From Paraspadella gotoi (lineage: Eukaryota > Animalia > Chaetognatha): 64,000 nucleotides of DNA. Numbering within the stretch: the stretch's first letter is position 1; each line of letters starts with the position of its first letter. A program made the position numbers and the translations under genes. The stretch is taken from assembly GCA_051294375.1 (NCBI GenBank), contig CM119266.1:18710087-18774086 (forward strand). Reading direction: 5' to 3'. The notes under the pieces were generated by a model. The model saw only the letters and a list, made by a program, of their open reading frames with translations. It ran no database searches and had not been told where the DNA came from. Positions 59,449-64,000 of this stretch are shown piece after piece.

Positions 59449-60059
59449 TTATAACAATTGTGGAAAAGTTCCATTTAAAAACAATGTTATTTCTTCATTT
59501 AAATTTGCAAAGCCTAAAAAATATTTGAAACAATTGAATTTAAAAAGCCAGTGCCGCTCGCGATGCAATTAATTTATATACATTTTATTTACACTAAAGA
59601 GCTTAAGTTACAGACTAAATTCAGTTTCTCCCCCTAATCAATATTTCCGTAATCTGATAACCACAACACGGAATTCGTAAAAATGTAAAAACACTACCGA
59701 ATCGCGTGGCCCTCTACTAAAAAAAAAGCATCTCAAATAAAAAACCTTTTGTCGCCAAAACCATTTTTTTGTGAAAGCTTTAAATAAACTCAACCAAAAA
59801 AAAAGGAAAAAAAAAAAAAAGAATTCGCGTGCTCTCTAATTTTTTCTTTGAATCGTAAAGTTTATCTTGAAATGTGTTAACAAGAACGCGTACAATACTC
59901 GGACACGTAGCCGGCGGGGGGTTCGACAATGGCGAGGCAAACACCCGAATAACCCCGACTCAAAAAAGACCACAATGAACGAAGGGAAAGAAAAAGTCCT
60001 TGAAAAAAAAGGGGAAACAAAAAATGTTCCTCTTTGGAATAAAAATAGAAAGGAAGAAA

Positions 60060-60283
60060 ATGAATGGCGGAGGTGAAAGAACTGGAAAAACTCGGAACAC
60101 AAACACTGGAAAGGATTTCGAGGTTGAAAGGACCAACTCGCGTAGGCGGGAGGACTCCTGCCTTTCGGGACGACGATTCTGGGTCAGACCGCCGCTGTCG
60201 CTGCCGCTGCCGTTGCCACCAATGCTCCTTGGCCGACCCCCACGGCGAGCACGGGGTTGCGATTTTAGGGGCATAAAAAAGAG
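60060..60283 (+). CDS. Possible first coding exon of a plus-strand gene
   Basis: GC-rich ORF MNGGGERTGK...PPLSLPLPLPPMLL ending at an AG|GTTAAG donor; no recognisable domain. Confidence 0.3.
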
Positions 60284-63200
60284 GTTAAGTCCCCCAAAAA
60301 ATAGTTTTCGGTGATAGATTTTGTAAAAACGGATTTTTTTTTAATGCGAGGTTGTGAAAAACAGTTACTCAAAAATTAGAACGCTCGATCAACGATTATA
60401 GAGGATATTCTTCAGTTAAGCGGATAATTGTTTGAATAAAACGATTGGCTCCTCACTTTCACGAAATCGATTTAATTTTATTTAAACCTTTTCAAGGTGT
60501 AAAAGTAAGCAAAGCCAGTACAATGTCAACTGAGTATATTGTATAAATTATTAAGTTTGAAATCGAAAAACGTGTCAACTTATAAAACTAACTAACATCG
60601 CTAACAGAAAAGGTTTCATAGAGCATCTACGAAAACCAAAATGACTCCCTTTTCAATAAAATATAAATATTTAATCTTGTTATGTTAGAAAAATTTGTTT
60701 TTTATACTGTTTTTGGAATGTTTGAGATATTAATTATTAATTTTTACTGAAATTTCACAACTGATAAGATATTATCGTTTCAAATATACATGCACCATAT
60801 TTATACAAGAAAATAATATTTTTCTGATATATAATTGATGAAGAAGTGTTTCTCTGTCAATGTCAATGTTTAGATAGAATTAACTTTCACCAATCCCCAA
60901 AACGTCGCAGCTTCTTTTGTGCTCGAGAAAATACCTTTTTTCTCATGTGACTTTCTGCGTGCGAATCGTGCGTGCGTGCGTGCGACTCAGCCTTCGACTT
61001 GTGATTCCTCGCGCGAAGGAAAATTAATGGAACGAGGTCAGAAACGGACGACAGAGACGACGCCAAAAAAAAATGTCTGTCATGGCGAACGAAACCAAGC
61101 GAATCTCAGAGGTGAAGTGAAAAATTCGAATCTCATTTCGATGCCGAAATAGAAAAAGCGAACGAAACTATACGATTATAAGCAAACTATACTATATTAA
61201 CTATATTATATGTCGTTTGGTTTAATTTAGGTTTTTGTATTAGGTTTGTTATTCGTTATTTCTAATGAAAATATTTGAAAAATTTATAAGAAAAATTAGG
61301 GAAGAGTCTTTGACCTGCATAGTGTTATCTGCAGGCAACAGTCAGACCATACTAGATATAATTATATATACACATTTATATATTGAAAGAGAAGATAGAG
61401 CTCTCGTTATTTCTTATCAAAAGTCGTCAATTGTAGACAAATTTGTTTGATTTTAAGCTGAAAAAAAAAAAAAAGAAGCTGTTACTGAGAATACGACGAA
61501 ACGTCCGACAAACCCTATAACCCTAGTATTCGACCCGACTCACGTCTATACTTCCATGAAAACCTAATTGTGAAAATATCTCTTCGCTATTACTACTAAT
61601 GTTCACTTTTTCCCCTCAACGACGACGACTAAATCGATGCCGACGTCTTAGGTCCACATCGCTATCAGCGATATCAAAATTGAGTCTGGCGCCACCGGAA
61701 TCTCTTACTCATTTGTTATGCACTCGCTAAAAAGTTCCGAGCAGGATTTCTTTCTTGTCACATCGCGGAGAAATTTGGAAAGAGTGGCCAGCGAATGAAA
61801 ATGTCCTCACAAAAGGGAGCGATATCAATAAAACAATTTGATCGTTGCTATTCCCAAGGAGTGGTATATTTGTATTGTTTCGTATGTATGACTTTCGCAC
61901 TAGTTTATAAAGAGAAGCGAAACTTAGGAAGAGTTGCCTTCGACCAGTCTCTCATACAAAGGCGGTTTTAAGGTGGAGGCAATTATCGACTCATAAAGAA
62001 GCGACCTTTTTTTTTTTCTTTTCGCTTTCTACCATTAATCTTATAGTTTCCATCCCTTTTTTTTAATTGAACGTAAAGACTAAAGTATAGTTTGTTGAAA
62101 AATGAGGATTACGTATGACGCGAAGAAAATCCCCTTTAAAACCACGGATGTGGATGGAAATCGGACAAAACCCGGATGAAATTGAAAAACGGCGCGGAAG
62201 AACGACCTCCGTTTCCGGTTCGAAGAATGATTTTTTTCTTCGTGATATGGGGGACGATTATATACCTAAAAGAGAGAGAGAGAGAGAGAGAGAGTTAATA
62301 ATACAAGATAGTTTTTTTTCCGAGATAATAAAGATGTAAAATATTCAATTTTCAAAATTAATAATCTCTGATGAACAAAATCGTTCTGGAATTCAAAAAA
62401 ACTCTTTCATGCGAATTAAAGTTTCTCGCCCGTCGTCCGAATAGATAACTAATGTGTTTCTTTCCCCAGTTTATTTGCGCAAGTTCGTCGGCGCCATATT
62501 TTGTTTTGGGCGTCCGCCATTTCGGTGGGAAACATCGCCCGCCTTTGAATAAATTGAGTGCGATAGAGAGCTTCCGTCTTCTGTAAGTTTTCTGTCAGTA
62601 TGTGACAGTGTTGATGGTCATGTCACGTAAACGAACAGGCTCCGACATTTTGAAATCAAGTTGGGTGGCATTGATCGGCTTTGAATGTCATTGAATTGTC
62701 ATTATCATTGTCATTAGTTTTTCGTTATGACCTCAAAAAGACGATGAAATGAATAAAAGCCAAAAATTGAAATACTTATTTACTGAGACGCTGCTGAAAA
62801 ACCAATGGGTTTAGCTTCAGAAACGAAAAAAAGTTCTGATTTTTTTTCCTAAACAGAGTCAATGCTACGCGACCTTGCTCCATTTTCATGGCCCCATAGC
62901 AGTCGACCGATCGTTCTCTCAACCAAAAAAGGCCCTGAACCACTTTAATCCGAGCACCCTATCGCAAAATGACGACTACGTATTTTTCAAGGGATCCAAA
63001 CCTTCTTTTTGCTAACTTGCTAATTTAATTGTACGGGGGTGGGATGAGCTGGGCTTCCAGGGGGGCCCGGAGCCCAGAAAAAAAGTCTGTGGAGGTACCC
63101 GCTATTACTTTAATCGCCACTACACGATACTGCCAAGTATTAACTAAAATGATTCAAGATTTCGTGAATTATACCTGGTCATGTGATCATATCTTCCTAC

Positions 63201-64000
63201 CAAATATAAACTTAATAGATGCAATATTACCGTCGCAACGTTTCTTGAACTCTTGTCAGAACTACATTGGACTGGCGACGCGAACGTAAAACTCAACGGG
63301 CGAGAAGATACAATTGTTATACCCTCGTGGTGGGTAAAACGTCCTGTACCTATTCATGCTTAAAGCTGTCTTGGAAGAGCGTGAGTGTGAATGCCAATCC
63401 AAATAGAGCCAATTGGCTACTGGCTATGTAATATTTACTACTGATGCGATACAACTTTTAACCCCATTAAAACTAAAATGGCTGAATTAAAGATTTTGAT
63501 TGGAAAAATGGTTGAGATTCATTAGGTACACTTATCATAAACCGTTATAAAAAAGCTCTACATTCGAGACTCCAGTTTTCACTGAATACATATAAAAGAA
63601 TAAATAAATAATTTTAGCTATTATAAATCATTAAAATTAATTTTGTAAAGAGAAAATATTAGTCCTGATGAATACACCAACTATTTATGAAGGAAAAATC
63701 ATAAGAAAACTATGGACCCTCACGAATATCGAGTAAAAGTTGAATCTGAGTTAAGCAAACAAAGAAAACGAGAGGGAGAACCGATAATAAGATAATTTGT
63801 TTTAAAACGGAACTGGGAGATAAAGTGAGATCGCGTCAAGGCAGTATATAGCAAAAAAAAAGAATGAAAAAATAAAGGAAAAAAAAAATAATGAATGAAT
63901 GAAAGAATTAAAGTGAGAGAAAAACAGTACGTCATGGCATTATAGAGAACAGAGGCCGCATTCGATAAATAGAGAAAGAAAATAAAAAAAAAGACAGACA

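Overview
AT-rich, repeat-dense eukaryotic (probably invertebrate) genomic DNA with three N-gaps (27894-27918, 50930-51029, 57919-57943). Two spliced minus-strand genes can be rebuilt by hand. One is a ~950-aa type II membrane protein with EGF-like repeats and a C-terminal C-type-lectin-like region (7473-37566). The other is a ~219-aa four-TM protein (41047-51308). Their introns hold Penelope-like elements (GIY-YIG remnant, pseudo-LTRs with minimal hammerhead ribozymes), hAT, Kolobok and Tc1 non-autonomous DNA transposons, Helentron-like (HINE) elements and minisatellites. The main discovery is a set of 3 clear and 2 possible families of short LTRs (230-280 bp, 4-bp TSDs). They share one layout: 5' hairpin, tRNA-like Pol III cassette, then a circularly permuted (P5-type) twister ribozyme whose pseudoknots covary between families. 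One family occurs as a complete non-coding mini LTR retrotransposon (LTR-PBS-PPT-LTR, 12651-13304), i.e. a candidate twister-based, Pol III-driven LTR retrozyme. All structures were read by eye; no searches or folding programs were run.
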